Positions 43,757 through 54,305 of a stretch of 64,000 nucleotides of DNA are shown in pieces. The stretch lies in assembly GCA_965243395.1 (NCBI GenBank), contig CBDEUS010000001.1, positions 992,001 to 1,056,000 on the forward strand, in the 5' to 3' direction. This DNA is from Gammaproteobacteria bacterium. GTDB taxonomy: Bacteria; Pseudomonadota; Gammaproteobacteria; UBA4575. The translations under genes were made by a program, and so were the position numbers. Numbering within the stretch: the stretch's first letter is position 1; every line of letters begins with the position of its first letter. The notes under the pieces are model-generated. The model was not told the DNA's origin, made no database searches, and was given only the letters and a program-made list of their open reading frames with translations.

Positions 43757-44422
43757 TCATACACCACCCTGTATAAGTGGTACAAAACTTACCAGATCTA
43801 AACGTTCTTGTTTGAGCCCTTCATAAGTTTTATGTAATAACAATAAATCCTGGACCTCAGAAGTTTTCCCAACCGGTATGACTAAGCGGCCGTTGACATC
43901 TAGTTGATCGATGAGTGCTTGAGGTATTTCTTTTGGTGCAGCAGTAACAACGATTGCATCAAATGGTGCATAACTCTCCCATCCCCATGAACCATCTGAA
44001 AGCTTAAATCTTATATTTCGCAAACCCATTTCCATTGCTCTTCTTCGGGCTTGTTGATACAAAGGTTCAATTCTCTCCACTGTATACACTTCTTTAACAA
44101 TGGCAGCGAGTATCGCCGCTTGATACCCGGAACCTGTCCCAACTTCTAAAACTTTTTCAGGAATACCATCCTTTAAAATTGCTTCAGTCATTCGTGCAAC
44201 AACATATGGTTGCGAAATTGTTTGTTTATGACCAATAGGTAATGCGGTGTCTTCATACGCACGCGATGCCAAGGCTTCATCAACAAAAAGATGCCTTGGA
44301 GTCATACGCATAGCTTCTAATACACGTACATTTTTAATTCCCTTTTCTTCGAGACGTGTAATTAATCGGTCTCGAGTACGTTGAGATGTCATGCCTATCC
44401 CGGCATGATTTTTTGTATTCAT
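43757..44422 (-). CDS. pcm: Protein-L-isoaspartate O-methyltransferase
   Basis: [26 protein letters not shown]. Confidence 0.97.
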   Translation of the reverse strand: MNTKNHAGIGMTSQRTRDRLITRLEEKGIKNVRVLEAMRMTPRHLFVDEALASRAYEDTALPIGHKQTISQPYVVARMTEAILKDGIPEKVLEVGTGSGYQAAILAAIVKEVYTVERIEPLYQQARRRAMEMGLRNIRFKLSDGSWGWESYAPFDAIVVTAAPKEIPQALIDQLDVNGRLVIPVGKTSEVQDLLLLHKTYEGLKQERLDLVSFVPLIQGGV

Positions 44423-44440
44423 TTGATTGTTCTCAGAAGT

Positions 44441-45193
44441 TTATATCTCACAATTAGAAATCCATTTTTCAACATCTTCCATGGCTTTATAATGCGTTAA
44501 ATCAAGATGCATAGGAGAAACAGAAATATAATTGTTATTCACGGCATAAAAATCGGTTCCAATACCGGCATCTTGTTCAGGACCTGCCGCACCTACCCAA
44601 TAAATCGGTTTGCCACGAGGATCTTTGTCTTCAATTACTGGCTCAGCCTTATGCCGATTACCCAAACGAGTCGTTTGCACACCTTTTAACTCACTTTTCG
44701 CCGCATCCGGAATATTCACATTTATAATCACATCATTGGGTAAAGTCGTCTTGGATAAATTTGCAATTAATTCAAAGCTTACTTGTGCTGCATCATCCAT
44801 ATACCGAGGCTGAAATGAGGTTAATGAAATCGCAACAGCGGGTAAGCCCAAAAATCGGCCTTCAATTGCTGCAGCCACTGTACCCGAATAAATTACATCG
44901 TCACCCAAATTGGCTCCAGCATTGATACCGGATACCACGATATCAGGTTCATCGCCTAAAAGCCCTGTGATAGCCAAGTGCACACAGTCCGTAGGGGTAC
45001 CATCCACACTGTACCAATTTTCAGCAACTTGCTGGGCACGAATGGGTCTTTCTAGTGTCAAAGAATTACTGGCGGCACTGCGATTACGATTCGGCGCCAC
45101 CACAGATATTTTACCCAAGGGCGCAAGTGCCTCAGCCAATAGTCTCAGTCCGCTGGCATGTATGCCATCGTCATTACTTAATAATAGATGCAT
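44441..45193 (-). CDS. surE: 5'/3'-nucleotidase SurE
   Basis: [27 protein letters not shown]. Confidence 0.97.
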   Translation of the reverse strand: MHLLLSNDDGIHASGLRLLAEALAPLGKISVVAPNRNRSAASNSLTLERPIRAQQVAENWYSVDGTPTDCVHLAITGLLGDEPDIVVSGINAGANLGDDVIYSGTVAAAIEGRFLGLPAVAISLTSFQPRYMDDAAQVSFELIANLSKTTLPNDVIINVNIPDAAKSELKGVQTTRLGNRHKAEPVIEDKDPRGKPIYWVGAAGPEQDAGIGTDFYAVNNNYISVSPMHLDLTHYKAMEDVEKWISNCEI

Positions 45194-45287
45194 GTGGTTT
45201 TCTGAAATTAGGTAAAATTATTATGAGCGGTAAATAGAATACTGTCTATGCTGAAAATAGTAACAAATTCAAATACTAAAATGGAAA

Positions 45288-45860
45288 TTGCTCATGCCAC
45301 GGAATAAAGAACCTGATAATAGTTCAGCCCTCGAAGAGGAACTAAGTTTTGAGGATCTACTTGAAAACGTCAAACCTTTACATAGAGATCATCAAAACCG
45401 GGCTACTTATCAAAGCCCGAAACCAAATCCCACACCAAGGGAAACGCTTAAAGATGAGCAACGTGTTTTAGAAGAATCTTTGGAAATTAGTTCTGAATCA
45501 GATGATTTGCAACCCGGAGATAGTTTATCTTTTTGTCGCCCAGGTATACAAAAGAGTGTTTTCAAAAAGCTGAGAAAAGGTCAATACAACATCGGCGCCG
45601 AATTGGATTTACATGGCCATACTCAAGCTGAAGCTCAAGTCGCGCTTTCAAAATTCATTCAGACAGTAAGAGAAGAAAACATACGGTGCGTACGCATTAT
45701 TCATGGCAAAGGATATGGGTCGAGCAATCAAGGGCCCAAAATTAAACCTTTGGTAAATAAATGGCTACAAAAAAGAAACGAGATCCTTGCATTTTGTTCT
45801 GCAAGGCCCATTGATGGTGGTACAGGAGCAGTATATGTCCTTCTAAAGTCTCTACGTTAA
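45288..45860 (+). CDS. Smr domain endonuclease
   Basis: LDLHG, IIHGKG, GGTGAVYVLL. Confidence 0.92.
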   Translation: MLMPRNKEPDNSSALEEELSFEDLLENVKPLHRDHQNRATYQSPKPNPTPRETLKDEQRVLEESLEISSESDDLQPGDSLSFCRPGIQKSVFKKLRKGQYNIGAELDLHGHTQAEAQVALSKFIQTVREENIRCVRIIHGKGYGSSNQGPKIKPLVNKWLQKRNEILAFCSARPIDGGTGAVYVLLKSLR

Positions 45861-45947
45861 ATGATTTTATACACCCGATCTAATATTACTTGGGATTAAT
45901 TTTATAAAAACTAGTAGACGAATTTTAAAAATCGATGGTTAATGTAA

Positions 45948-46259
45948 CTAAAATTTTGTTGATGTGATTTCAATCTTTGACTGACCAATCAGCGCCAGTG
46001 CTTTTTCAACATAAACCCCGCAACCTGAACACTGTTCAGCTTTGGGTTGCTCTAACTCACACTTTGGGCAAGTCATTAGATTTTCTTTATTTTCGGAATT
46101 TTCATCATTACGCACCTGTACAAGTGCTTCATTAGACTCTTCTACAGGCGTAATCGGTTCAGCTTGCACTACCGGTTCTAACTTTTTGGTTTTTACAGGT
46201 TCTGCGTCCTCTAGTGACAACCCTTCTAGATTAAACTTATCAAATTCTGTATTACTCAT
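45948..46259 (-). CDS. Small zinc-ribbon protein
   Basis: Acidic N-terminus followed by MTCPKC-x9-CSGCG. Confidence 0.75.
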   Translation of the reverse strand: MSNTEFDKFNLEGLSLEDAEPVKTKKLEPVVQAEPITPVEESNEALVQVRNDENSENKENLMTCPKCELEQPKAEQCSGCGVYVEKALALIGQSKIEITSTKF

Positions 46260-46263
46260 AATC

Positions 46264-47427
46264 CTAACCTTCCCCTATTCCCATTTTAAATGCAGTTCCA
46301 ACCCCTAAAAAGAGAAACAGTATTCCCATTAATCCAAAATCTAAGAACATGAGTGATGTTGTAGACATAGCTTCAACATTCTCTTGAAAGCTTCCTTCTA
46401 ACCATTCCTCAAAACTAGGGTTTGTTTCAGTAATTCGTTTTAAGTGAGGCACAACATATTCATTAAAATCTGCAATTTCCGCATCAGATATGTTTTCAAC
46501 ATCATAATATTCAGAGTATCCATGCTCACTCAGAAATGCTATTAGCTCTTTTTTATCATCAATACCATCACCAAATGCTTCCGCAGCTTTTAAATCTTGC
46601 TGATAATATTCCCTATATATAGCTTCTTCGCCTTCTATTGCAGCAGTGATGTCTTGAGTCCACGTCTCTTGCAAATGAGACATCGCCATATACTTACCGC
46701 CAAATATTGATAAAAGAGTAAAGATGGCACAAATCACACCGGTTGCTATCCCTTGCGATTCAAACATCACAGCAACGATGCCTACTGCTGCACCAATTCC
46801 AATTGCAATAATGGCAAACTCATAACCAAACCACACAGTAATATATTTCCAAAGCAATGCACCTATAATTGCTACTACTGCAGCAGCAGCGACACCTTTA
46901 ACATTTAATGCTTTATCTTGTTTCACGTTAACATTAGCTGGAGCTGCTTGAACAGCAGATGATTGCGGATCGTCTTGTTTAGAATCTTGTGGAGCTTTTA
47001 TGATAGTAGATGGCCCGATAACTGTATCACTTGCCGACGGTGCCAATAACTTTTTAACGTAAACACCGCATCCTGAGCATTGTTCAGCTTTTTGCTGGTG
47101 TAAATTACATTTGGGACACGTCATTGTTGTGTCTTCTTTAAGGGGCTGCTTTTTCTCAATTGACAAAGACATCCCATCATTCTTGACTTCGGATTTATGT
47201 TCTTTTAAGGCGATCACCATGCCAATTTGTTCAAGACGAGATTTTAGTGCCTTTGCCTTAGCAAGCTCCAAATCTTTTTTAAGTATTTTTTGAACTCCGA
47301 CATAATTGCCGGCTTTCTCGGGCGTGGTTTTAAATAACTTTGCAAAGCTATTTTTAACGTCTTCAAGGCCAAAATCTTCTTGAAGCTGACCGGTACTAAT
47401 TACCGTATAAGTGGATGATTCGCTCAT
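46264..47427 (-). CDS. Zinc-ribbon membrane protein (N-domain + Zn ribbon + TM bundle + acidic extracytoplasmic domain)
   Basis: MTCPKC-x9-CSGCG, three TM segments, acidic loop, C-terminal TM. Confidence 0.8.
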   Translation of the reverse strand: MSESSTYTVISTGQLQEDFGLEDVKNSFAKLFKTTPEKAGNYVGVQKILKKDLELAKAKALKSRLEQIGMVIALKEHKSEVKNDGMSLSIEKKQPLKEDTTMTCPKCNLHQQKAEQCSGCGVYVKKLLAPSASDTVIGPSTIIKAPQDSKQDDPQSSAVQAAPANVNVKQDKALNVKGVAAAAVVAIIGALLWKYITVWFGYEFAIIAIGIGAAVGIVAVMFESQGIATGVICAIFTLLSIFGGKYMAMSHLQETWTQDITAAIEGEEAIYREYYQQDLKAAEAFGDGIDDKKELIAFLSEHGYSEYYDVENISDAEIADFNEYVVPHLKRITETNPSFEEWLEGSFQENVEAMSTTSLMFLDFGLMGILFLFLGVGTAFKMGIGEG

Positions 47428-47685
47428 AGTAGCTCAATCTAAATCTTTGATTAAATTGTATTAATCTGAGCGAAAACACCTAGCCGTATAACGACAAAAG
47501 GCATTATGGCTGGCACCATTGACCTAAAAAACTGCTGAAACAGCTAAACCTTATCGATTGGATATACTAGTAATTTAGACAGGCAATTTTCTTCAGAAAT
47601 AGCCTGATTGGATAATACATATTAAACACAGAGATATTTAACGTTTCCCTAAAGTTAAAAATATCAATCTATGTTTCTTTTGGTA

Positions 47686-48456
47686 TTAAAGTAATTTTTT
47701 AAGTTTCTCCCCAGCCCCACCAATATCTTTAAGCTTATCTAAAGCTTTATCATCAATGTTTAACTTTTCTTTCCCTAATTGCTTTAACATCTCTTCATTC
47801 ATCAACGAACGCAAATCAAGCTTACTCGCAGCAGAACCTATTTGATTTGTAAGCACTGCAATTACTTTTTTTGCAACTTCGCCAGGTGTTGCGCCACCTG
47901 AGTCTTTGCCTATATCACGTAGATGAATCGCCGGAAGTGGAGTGGATAACGTTTTGCCTTTGACCATATCAGATGACACTTCCACTTCACCATTTTTAAT
48001 AATTAAATTCTCTATAATTAATTTTGGCCCACTACTCTCATCACTTCCTGAACCACCAGCAGTATATGCTTCTACATTCTTTTTAACAGCATCAACGTTA
48101 CTGCCATTTTTACTAAGCTCATAAACTATAGATGGACCATCCAATAGTATTTGTTCAATAACGATTAACTCAGTAGTTGTTCTCTCTAAACTAAGTTGTA
48201 CACTCGTGTTGTCCATTTTAAACAGATGCTTATTCGAAAATCCTTTAGGATTGGCTACGCTCAAATTAGAAATCGCGCCTAAGCCATCTGATAGTCCGAT
48301 TTTAACTCCTCCCACACCAACACTGGTTTGGGTAACTTCTGAGCCATACTTTTCAATTGCTGCTTTAACAATGTTGTCAAGATTGCCTAATAAATAATAA
48401 GCGCCTACAGCAATAACAACTGTAAGTACTAATATGCTGATGAGTATTTTTTTCAT
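47686..48456 (-). CDS. AsmA-like/DUF748-type protein
   Basis: N-terminal TM, V.NP.GFS, P.I.YE....SN, LP.IHL.DIG...GG. Confidence 0.7.
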   Translation of the reverse strand: MKKILISILVLTVVIAVGAYYLLGNLDNIVKAAIEKYGSEVTQTSVGVGGVKIGLSDGLGAISNLSVANPKGFSNKHLFKMDNTSVQLSLERTTTELIVIEQILLDGPSIVYELSKNGSNVDAVKKNVEAYTAGGSGSDESSGPKLIIENLIIKNGEVEVSSDMVKGKTLSTPLPAIHLRDIGKDSGGATPGEVAKKVIAVLTNQIGSAASKLDLRSLMNEEMLKQLGKEKLNIDDKALDKLKDIGGAGEKLKKLL

Positions 48457-48468
48457 ATATTTACGTTT

Positions 48469-48930
48469 TTACGTTTTCATATAACCTTGAGGGCGAATTG
48501 CTACGGTACATTCCACTTGAGCACAAAGCGTTCCATCATTTAAGTAGTATGCATAAGTAAAGGTGGGTGTGCTACGGTTTTTTTCATTTAATTCTTTTTC
48601 TATTACAGGTTCTAATTCTGCTGGAAAATCAAAGCGAAGCTCGAGATCTGTTGTTCCTGCACGCAAAAAATCTATAGTTAATTTGCGCGTCCATGCAGCA
48701 TACCCTGGAAATAGTTTACCACATGATAGAGCAGCAACAGGATCTGCAAGAGATGCCATGAATCCGCCAAACATTGTACCCTGATGGTTGGTAGCGGCTT
48801 TAGATAGAGGCAACAATAATTTTATCGAGCGCCAGTCCGGTGAAAGCTCCAAAATTTGCACTTGCATCATTTTAAAAGGCTCGAAATTCTCGAGCCTTTT
48901 AATTGCACCGCCTAATTCCGCATCGGACAT
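48469..48930 (-). CDS. Hotdog-fold (PaaI-like) thioesterase
   Basis: N..GTMFGG..ASLADP, IDFLR; directly downstream of fadE. Confidence 0.8.
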   Translation of the reverse strand: MSDAELGGAIKRLENFEPFKMMQVQILELSPDWRSIKLLLPLSKAATNHQGTMFGGFMASLADPVAALSCGKLFPGYAAWTRKLTIDFLRAGTTDLELRFDFPAELEPVIEKELNEKNRSTPTFTYAYYLNDGTLCAQVECTVAIRPQGYMKT

Positions 48931-48940
48931 TTATATTTCT

Positions 48941-51400
48941 CTAGGCTGCTTTTTTAGTTGTTTTCCTCTTAGACACAGCTTTTTGCGGAGGGAAATCATC
49001 CACCATAATTGCTTCACGTGTAGCTGCATGAGCCACTTCTACAAGTTTAGCCTCTTCTTTTGTTATCACACCCTGTGACACGGCATCATCCAACCAATTT
49101 GCAGGTCTACCAAGTTCTGGTGGACTAATACGAGCTTTCTTAAGTTTCTTTTCAGCTTCATAAGCTGCTGCCACTGCCTGAAACGCATATTGCACACAAC
49201 CAATAGGATCATTTGGATCTGTAGTTTTGTAAACTCCATCTGTTAATCGATCTCTAGTTTCAGAGGGTTCAATTAGTCGCTTCGCAACTTCGTGACCTAC
49301 CCGATCATTTGGATAGCGCAAACTCTTGCCGGTTGGGAATACAATAAGTCGTAAAATTTGACCAACTATGACTGATGGGAAATTACGTAAAATTTCATCT
49401 AGCGCGTCTTGGACATTATACAAACAATACTTTGTACTCCATTCAACAAAGGGTAAATCCTCTGCCGGGCGACCAGTGTCTTCGAAACGCTTTAGGATTG
49501 CTGAGCTAAGATACATATAACTGAGCGCATCGGCAAAACGTCCAGAAAGTTTTTCTTTTCGCTTTAAACCACCGCCTAAAAACAACATGGCAAAGTCAGA
49601 AACAAATGAATAGCTAGCACTCATTCTAGCTAAGCGTTTAAAGTAACCACGTGTAGGTCCATCGATTGGGCTGGACGCAAGACGACTTCGTGTTAACCCA
49701 TATAAGAACGAACGCGCACCATTACACACTGCGTACCCAAGATGTTTGAATAATGCCTGATCAAAGCGTTGTAAACCTTCCTCTTTATTTTCAAGCGAAG
49801 CTGCCGTGACTTCTTCTATTAAATAGGGATGACACCGCATTGCACCTTGACCAAAAATTATCAAACTCCTGGTTAATATATTGGCACCTTCTACAGTTAT
49901 ACTGATAGGAATGGATTGATAAGCACGTGCTAAATAGTTGCTGGGGCCAATACAAATTCCACGACCCCCATGCACATCCATAGCATCATTGATAACTTGA
50001 CGCATGCCTTCTGTATTATGGTATTTAAGTATTGCCGTTACTACAGACGGTTTTTCACCATGGTCAATGGCTGAAGCCGTTAATCTTCGCCCAGCCTCCA
50101 TCATATATGTCAGTCCACCTATTCGTGTCAGCGCTTCTTCCACGCCTTCGAATTTACCAATCTGTACATTAAATTGTTTGCGAATAGCAGCATATGCACC
50201 AGTCATATAGCTGGCAAACTTTCCTGCTCCCGTTCCTAATGCAGGTAATGATATTCCTCGACCAACGGATAAACATTCCACCAACATGCGCCAACCTTTT
50301 CCAATTTGTTCTTGTCCTCCAATTATCCAATCCATTGGAATGAAAACATCTTCACCCCAATTCGGTCCATTTTGGAATGCAGAGTTAAGGGGATTATGTC
50401 GATTTCCTATACTTACCCCAGGGGTTGTTGTAGGTATCAGGGCACATGTAATACCTAAATCTTCTTCACCACCTAACAAACCGTCGGGATCATAAGCTTT
50501 AAAAGCTAAACCTAACACTGTAGCAATAGGTCCTAAGGTTATGTAACGTTTTTCCCAATTTAATCGCAAACCTAAAACTTCTTTTCCTTCATGTTTGCCC
50601 ATGCAAACAATTCCCGTATCAGGAATCGCTCCTGCATCCGAACCAGCATTAGGCCCGGTTAATGCAAAACATGGAATTTCTTCACCAACTGCTAAGCGTG
50701 GCAAATAATAGTCTTTTTGTTCTTCTGTCCCATAATGTAAAAGTAGCTCAGCCGGACCGAGTGAGTTAGGTACCATAACTGAAACACCCGCCGTACCACT
50801 CCGTGTAGAAATTTTCATTACAACGGATGAATGTGCAATCGCAGAAAACTCCAAACCACCATATTTTTTCGGAATAATCATCCCAAGAAATTTATTCTTC
50901 TTGATAAATTCCCAGGTTTCAGGCGAGAGGTCATTCAAGTCATTGGTGACTTGCCAATCATCAATCATGCGGCAGAGTTCATCTGTAGGACCGTCTAAAA
51001 ATTCTTGCTCTTCTTTTGAAAGTTCTGAAACATTATGATCAAGAAGTTGGTCCCAATTCGGTTGTCCACGAAATAGCTCTGCTTCCCACCAAGCTGTGCC
51101 AGCCTCAATTGCATCACGCTCCGTTTGTGACATTGGAGGTAGAATTTTCTTTACATATGCCAACATCGGTTTACTAAGAACAGAAATACGCAAGTCATCA
51201 ATATTGAGTAATGCGATAGGAATGAATAAAAGCCAAAGAATCCATGCAGCAATACCGCCGAGAAAAGGTGTAAAAGTAAGCACTAAAAGTGCACCACCGA
51301 TTACTGCCGTCCAAACTGCAAAAGACCATTTCGCTTTAGCCAAGCCGTAAACCAACGCTCCAATTGCTACCAACCAAACTAAAAATGTCATGGTATTCAC
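48941..51400 (-). CDS. fadE: Acyl-CoA dehydrogenase FadE
   Basis: N-terminal TMs, VPNSLGPAELL, CFALT...GSDA, ITVEGANILTR, C-terminal DUF1974-like region. Confidence 0.96.
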   Translation of the reverse strand: MNTMTFLVWLVAIGALVYGLAKAKWSFAVWTAVIGGALLVLTFTPFLGGIAAWILWLLFIPIALLNIDDLRISVLSKPMLAYVKKILPPMSQTERDAIEAGTAWWEAELFRGQPNWDQLLDHNVSELSKEEQEFLDGPTDELCRMIDDWQVTNDLNDLSPETWEFIKKNKFLGMIIPKKYGGLEFSAIAHSSVVMKISTRSGTAGVSVMVPNSLGPAELLLHYGTEEQKDYYLPRLAVGEEIPCFALTGPNAGSDAGAIPDTGIVCMGKHEGKEVLGLRLNWEKRYITLGPIATVLGLAFKAYDPDGLLGGEEDLGITCALIPTTTPGVSIGNRHNPLNSAFQNGPNWGEDVFIPMDWIIGGQEQIGKGWRMLVECLSVGRGISLPALGTGAGKFASYMTGAYAAIRKQFNVQIGKFEGVEEALTRIGGLTYMMEAGRRLTASAIDHGEKPSVVTAILKYHNTEGMRQVINDAMDVHGGRGICIGPSNYLARAYQSIPISITVEGANILTRSLIIFGQGAMRCHPYLIEEVTAASLENKEEGLQRFDQALFKHLGYAVCNGARSFLYGLTRSRLASSPIDGPTRGYFKRLARMSASYSFVSDFAMLFLGGGLKRKEKLSGRFADALSYMYLSSAILKRFEDTGRPAEDLPFVEWSTKYCLYNVQDALDEILRNFPSVIVGQILRLIVFPTGKSLRYPNDRVGHEVAKRLIEPSETRDRLTDGVYKTTDPNDPIGCVQYAFQAVAAAYEAEKKLKKARISPPELGRPANWLDDAVSQGVITKEEAKLVEVAHAATREAIMVDDFPPQKAVSKRKTTKKAA

Positions 51401-51619
51401 CTCTATTAAATGGGGCTGTATATCAATTTATTATGAATATTGTACTGCAATAGACCGGTATCTCGTGGTTTTACGTGCAGTACGAACATACCTATTCAAA
51501 CGATTTGGAATCTATTTATGAGCGGTATGAATTAAATTTACACATATGACAGAATTTAAATTAATAAAATTATATAATTTATTGATAAATATATAATTTA
51601 AAAAATATATGCGTTTTTA

Positions 51620-52312
51620 TTACTCTAGTATATATGTATAGGCCATCAACTGGCCTGAGCGATCTATCTCAACTGTGATTTCAGGTACATCCGTTAACTC
51701 CTGAATCGTTTGCATGAATAACTCAGATTGCGATGCAGAGACACCATTTACAGATTTAATTACGTCCCCATTATGCAGGCCTAATGACGCCGCTTTTGTG
51801 TCAGGCTTAATCTTGGATAAGGTATAGCCAACCACTTGCTGCTCTTCTATGAGTGGCAGAAAGCCTATTTCAGAAACCAAGCGTTGTTTCTCGCTAACAT
51901 AGTCAGCCACTTCATTTTTCGAAAGCACTACTGTTGCTTTTTGTGTTAAAGATTCTTCATAGTCTGCCTGTAACAATAGATCTCCCACACTGCTTCGAAG
52001 CTGCAAATCATAGTCGCTACCCTTACAACGAAGTTTTGCAGAATCATGCAAAACATCCATTAGTTCACATCCCTGAATGTCATCACCTAATTGAACTAAT
52101 AGCTCATCGCCATTTTCATCAACAAACATAGCGTGAGCATTTTTTGCATTCAAAAATGTCCCGCTTAACACCCAATTGGGTTGGTCAGCAATTGCAATAG
52201 GTATGTGTAAAACAAATATGACTAGCATTAAATATGCTAGCCATATGGTTTTACGTAGGATAGAAATCAATTGGATAATTGAAATTGAACGGTGGAACAT
52301 CTTCTGCTCCAA
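51620..52312 (-). CDS. GspC-like protein (HR domain + PDZ); start uncertain
   Basis: Hydrophobic N-segment; W.L.GT....A....GD.I.G..L..V (HR-like); GY......GL..GDVI.SVNG...I.R.GQ (PDZ). Confidence 0.7.
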   Translation of the reverse strand: MEQKMFHRSISIIQLISILRKTIWLAYLMLVIFVLHIPIAIADQPNWVLSGTFLNAKNAHAMFVDENGDELLVQLGDDIQGCELMDVLHDSAKLRCKGSDYDLQLRSSVGDLLLQADYEESLTQKATVVLSKNEVADYVSEKQRLVSEIGFLPLIEEQQVVGYTLSKIKPDTKAASLGLHNGDVIKSVNGVSASQSELFMQTIQELTDVPEITVEIDRSGQLMAYTYILE

Positions 52313-53234
52313 AGTTAATTAGTTTCACGCGTTGTAGAATTTTATTTTCGAGTTGTGCGTTACCTAATTGACTAGAAATAATACTTGCACTTGTCACTTT
52401 ACCTGAAGGAGCAATTGTTATATTCAGTACCACTTTTCCTTGTAAAGAAGCATCTTTGCGTAATTCACGGTTATACAAGGTAAATAATCCACTCTTGTTG
52501 CGATCAAACATGATTTGAATTTTTTCTAAATCACGTGTCTTACCATATCCGGCTCCATCACCCGAACCAGAACCATCACCACCACCAGAGCCAGTACCAC
52601 TTCCACCAATTCCAGAACCCCCTACGGAACCCGCAGCACGACCACCCAGCCCATTGCCGCCAGTGCTTGTGCTTAAACTCGCAGTGTTAATACCGCCACT
52701 AGATTTTCCGTAATTTTTAGTGACTAAAGATCGTTTGGTTGTCTGTCCAGTTGTTCCACTTGTATTAAGAGAACGTTCACCTAACGCTGCCGAGGAAGAA
52801 GTTTTCTTAATATCAGATAGATCATCCTTCATGGCTAACAACCCCGAACTCGCGGCTATTTCTTTTGCCGACTTTTTAGGTATAGGTGCTTTTTTAGGTT
52901 TTGTAGCCGTTTTAATAGGTTCTTTTTTAGGTTGCGGCTTAGGCTTGACCTTTTTTGGTTTAGGTTTAGGTTTCACCTTTCTCTCAACCGGCACTACTTT
53001 AGGTGGTGGCGGTGGAGGAACTTCAACTTTAGGAATAAGTTTAACCAGGCGTTCTGGTTCTTGTTTTTCAGGCTCTTCAGGTTCTGGTAGCGGCAAGATT
53101 GCAAATAAAAATACTAAGAAAAATACTGCAACAACGGACCAACGTAATAATTTATTAAAACGAGCCTGTTGCTCTGGATTAATCGTCCAGGGCAAGTCAT
53201 GCGGGAAATATGAATTTTGAATTACAGCAGCCAT
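52251..53234 (-). CDS. TonB-like protein with AgmX/PglI-type C-terminal domain (GltG-like)
   Basis: Single TM, Pro/Lys linker, Gly/Ser linker, LYNRELRKDASLQGKVV..ITI.PSG.V. Confidence 0.85.
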   Translation of the reverse strand: MAAVIQNSYFPHDLPWTINPEQQARFNKLLRWSVVAVFFLVFLFAILPLPEPEEPEKQEPERLVKLIPKVEVPPPPPPKVVPVERKVKPKPKPKKVKPKPQPKKEPIKTATKPKKAPIPKKSAKEIAASSGLLAMKDDLSDIKKTSSSAALGERSLNTSGTTGQTTKRSLVTKNYGKSSGGINTASLSTSTGGNGLGGRAAGSVGGSGIGGSGTGSGGGDGSGSGDGAGYGKTRDLEKIQIMFDRNKSGLFTLYNRELRKDASLQGKVVLNITIAPSGKVTSASIISSQLGNAQLENKILQRVKLINFGAEDVPPFNFNYPIDFYPT

Positions 53235-53241
53235 ATTAGTA

Positions 53242-53742
53242 TTAAGACTCTAATTGAGTTTCTTTTTGTATTACCGATAAAGAAATTTTTGAAAAACCTG
53301 CATAGTTAGCACATAAACGCATTACACGATCCAGTACTTTATATGGCACTTCTTTATCGCCCATTATTGTTACTTCTCTTTCCGGATCTTCTTCTGAGAC
53401 AGGCTCCACCTCATCCGCCAATTGTTTTAATTTTTCAACAAATAGCGAAACTTCAGTAGAGTCTTCCTTCATTACTTCTTCGATTGTAATGACATCTTCA
53501 CCTTGAAGCCTTACCGTCTCTTTACTCAGCATTACTACTACAGATTCCTGAGGTGTAACTTCAGAAATTGATTCAGGCATTTCAATGCCTTTTGGATTAG
53601 GCAGTGGAGTAATCTCGTTTGTGTTCACCAATAAGAAAAACACCAATATTGTGAAAATATCCATCAATGAGACAACATTAAATGGAGGTTGCTTATTGCG
53701 ACTATGTTGTCGTTCCATGCGTTTTAGTCTGCGATCATTCAC
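53242..53742 (-). CDS. ExbD/TolR family protein (AglS-like), TM Asp present
   Basis: NVVSLMDIFTILVFFLL; I.GDKEVPY..L..VM. Confidence 0.9.
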   Translation of the reverse strand: MNDRRLKRMERQHSRNKQPPFNVVSLMDIFTILVFFLLVNTNEITPLPNPKGIEMPESISEVTPQESVVVMLSKETVRLQGEDVITIEEVMKEDSTEVSLFVEKLKQLADEVEPVSEEDPEREVTIMGDKEVPYKVLDRVMRLCANYAGFSKISLSVIQKETQLES

Positions 53743-53775
53743 TATTATTTTCCTATTTAGTTCCTTAAATATCCC

Positions 53776-54276
53776 TTAGGCAGGAGCATCACCTAATGAT
53801 ATTTCGGGAAATAATTCAGCACGTGTGAAATTACCCTGCTCATCCTCAATATCAATCGCTCTTACTGCGTCCATAACCAATACTAAACTCTCATAACCTA
53901 TATCAGGTTCAAGTAGAATTGATGCGGCTACGTTGTCAGGAAATTTACTTTTAAGAGATTGCAAAGTTTGTGAAAGTAATTCAACATCATAACTTTCATC
54001 TTTCTTCTCAATCATATATCTGCGAAAACTTCCGTTCTTATCTTGAACAATTAAATAATCTTCTTTAACGATAACTTCTAAAACCAATTCTCTTTTATTT
54101 GGTTTAACTTCATTGGATGCAGCAGGTAAATGTATTTCTAAAATTGTAATCTTAGCGAAAACCAGCATGATCAGTAGAAACGGAACCAAGATCACCATCA
54201 AATTCATGAATGGCGTTACACTTAGCTCTGCTTCATTTTTTGCGAAGCGTTTTTTCCAACGTTTTCTGTTACGCAT
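53776..54276 (-). CDS. ExbD/TolR family protein (AglQ-like), TM Asn
   Basis: LSVTPFMNLMVILVPFLL; Y..LV.VMD.VR; LFP.ISL. Confidence 0.88.
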   Translation of the reverse strand: MRNRKRWKKRFAKNEAELSVTPFMNLMVILVPFLLIMLVFAKITILEIHLPAASNEVKPNKRELVLEVIVKEDYLIVQDKNGSFRRYMIEKKDESYDVELLSQTLQSLKSKFPDNVAASILLEPDIGYESLVLVMDAVRAIDIEDEQGNFTRAELFPEISLGDAPA

Positions 54277-54305
54277 ACCTGGTTCCTTTAAGTCGATGCA
54301 ATTGC

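Noticed and set aside
47510-47526. Sigma54 promoter (TGGCAC)
   Set aside because: The -12 TTGC is absent at the required spacing, and there is no + strand gene downstream
51484-51531. PsrA/TetR-like operator upstream of fadE (ttcaaacgatttggaa)
   Set aside because: Imperfect palindrome with wrong spacing relative to CAAAC-N4-GTTTG; too weak without comparative data
52720-53220. 166-aa antisense ORF and the many other short antisense/shadow ORFs in the track
   Set aside because: They mirror well-supported genes (here Pro/Lys codons) and have no independent evidence
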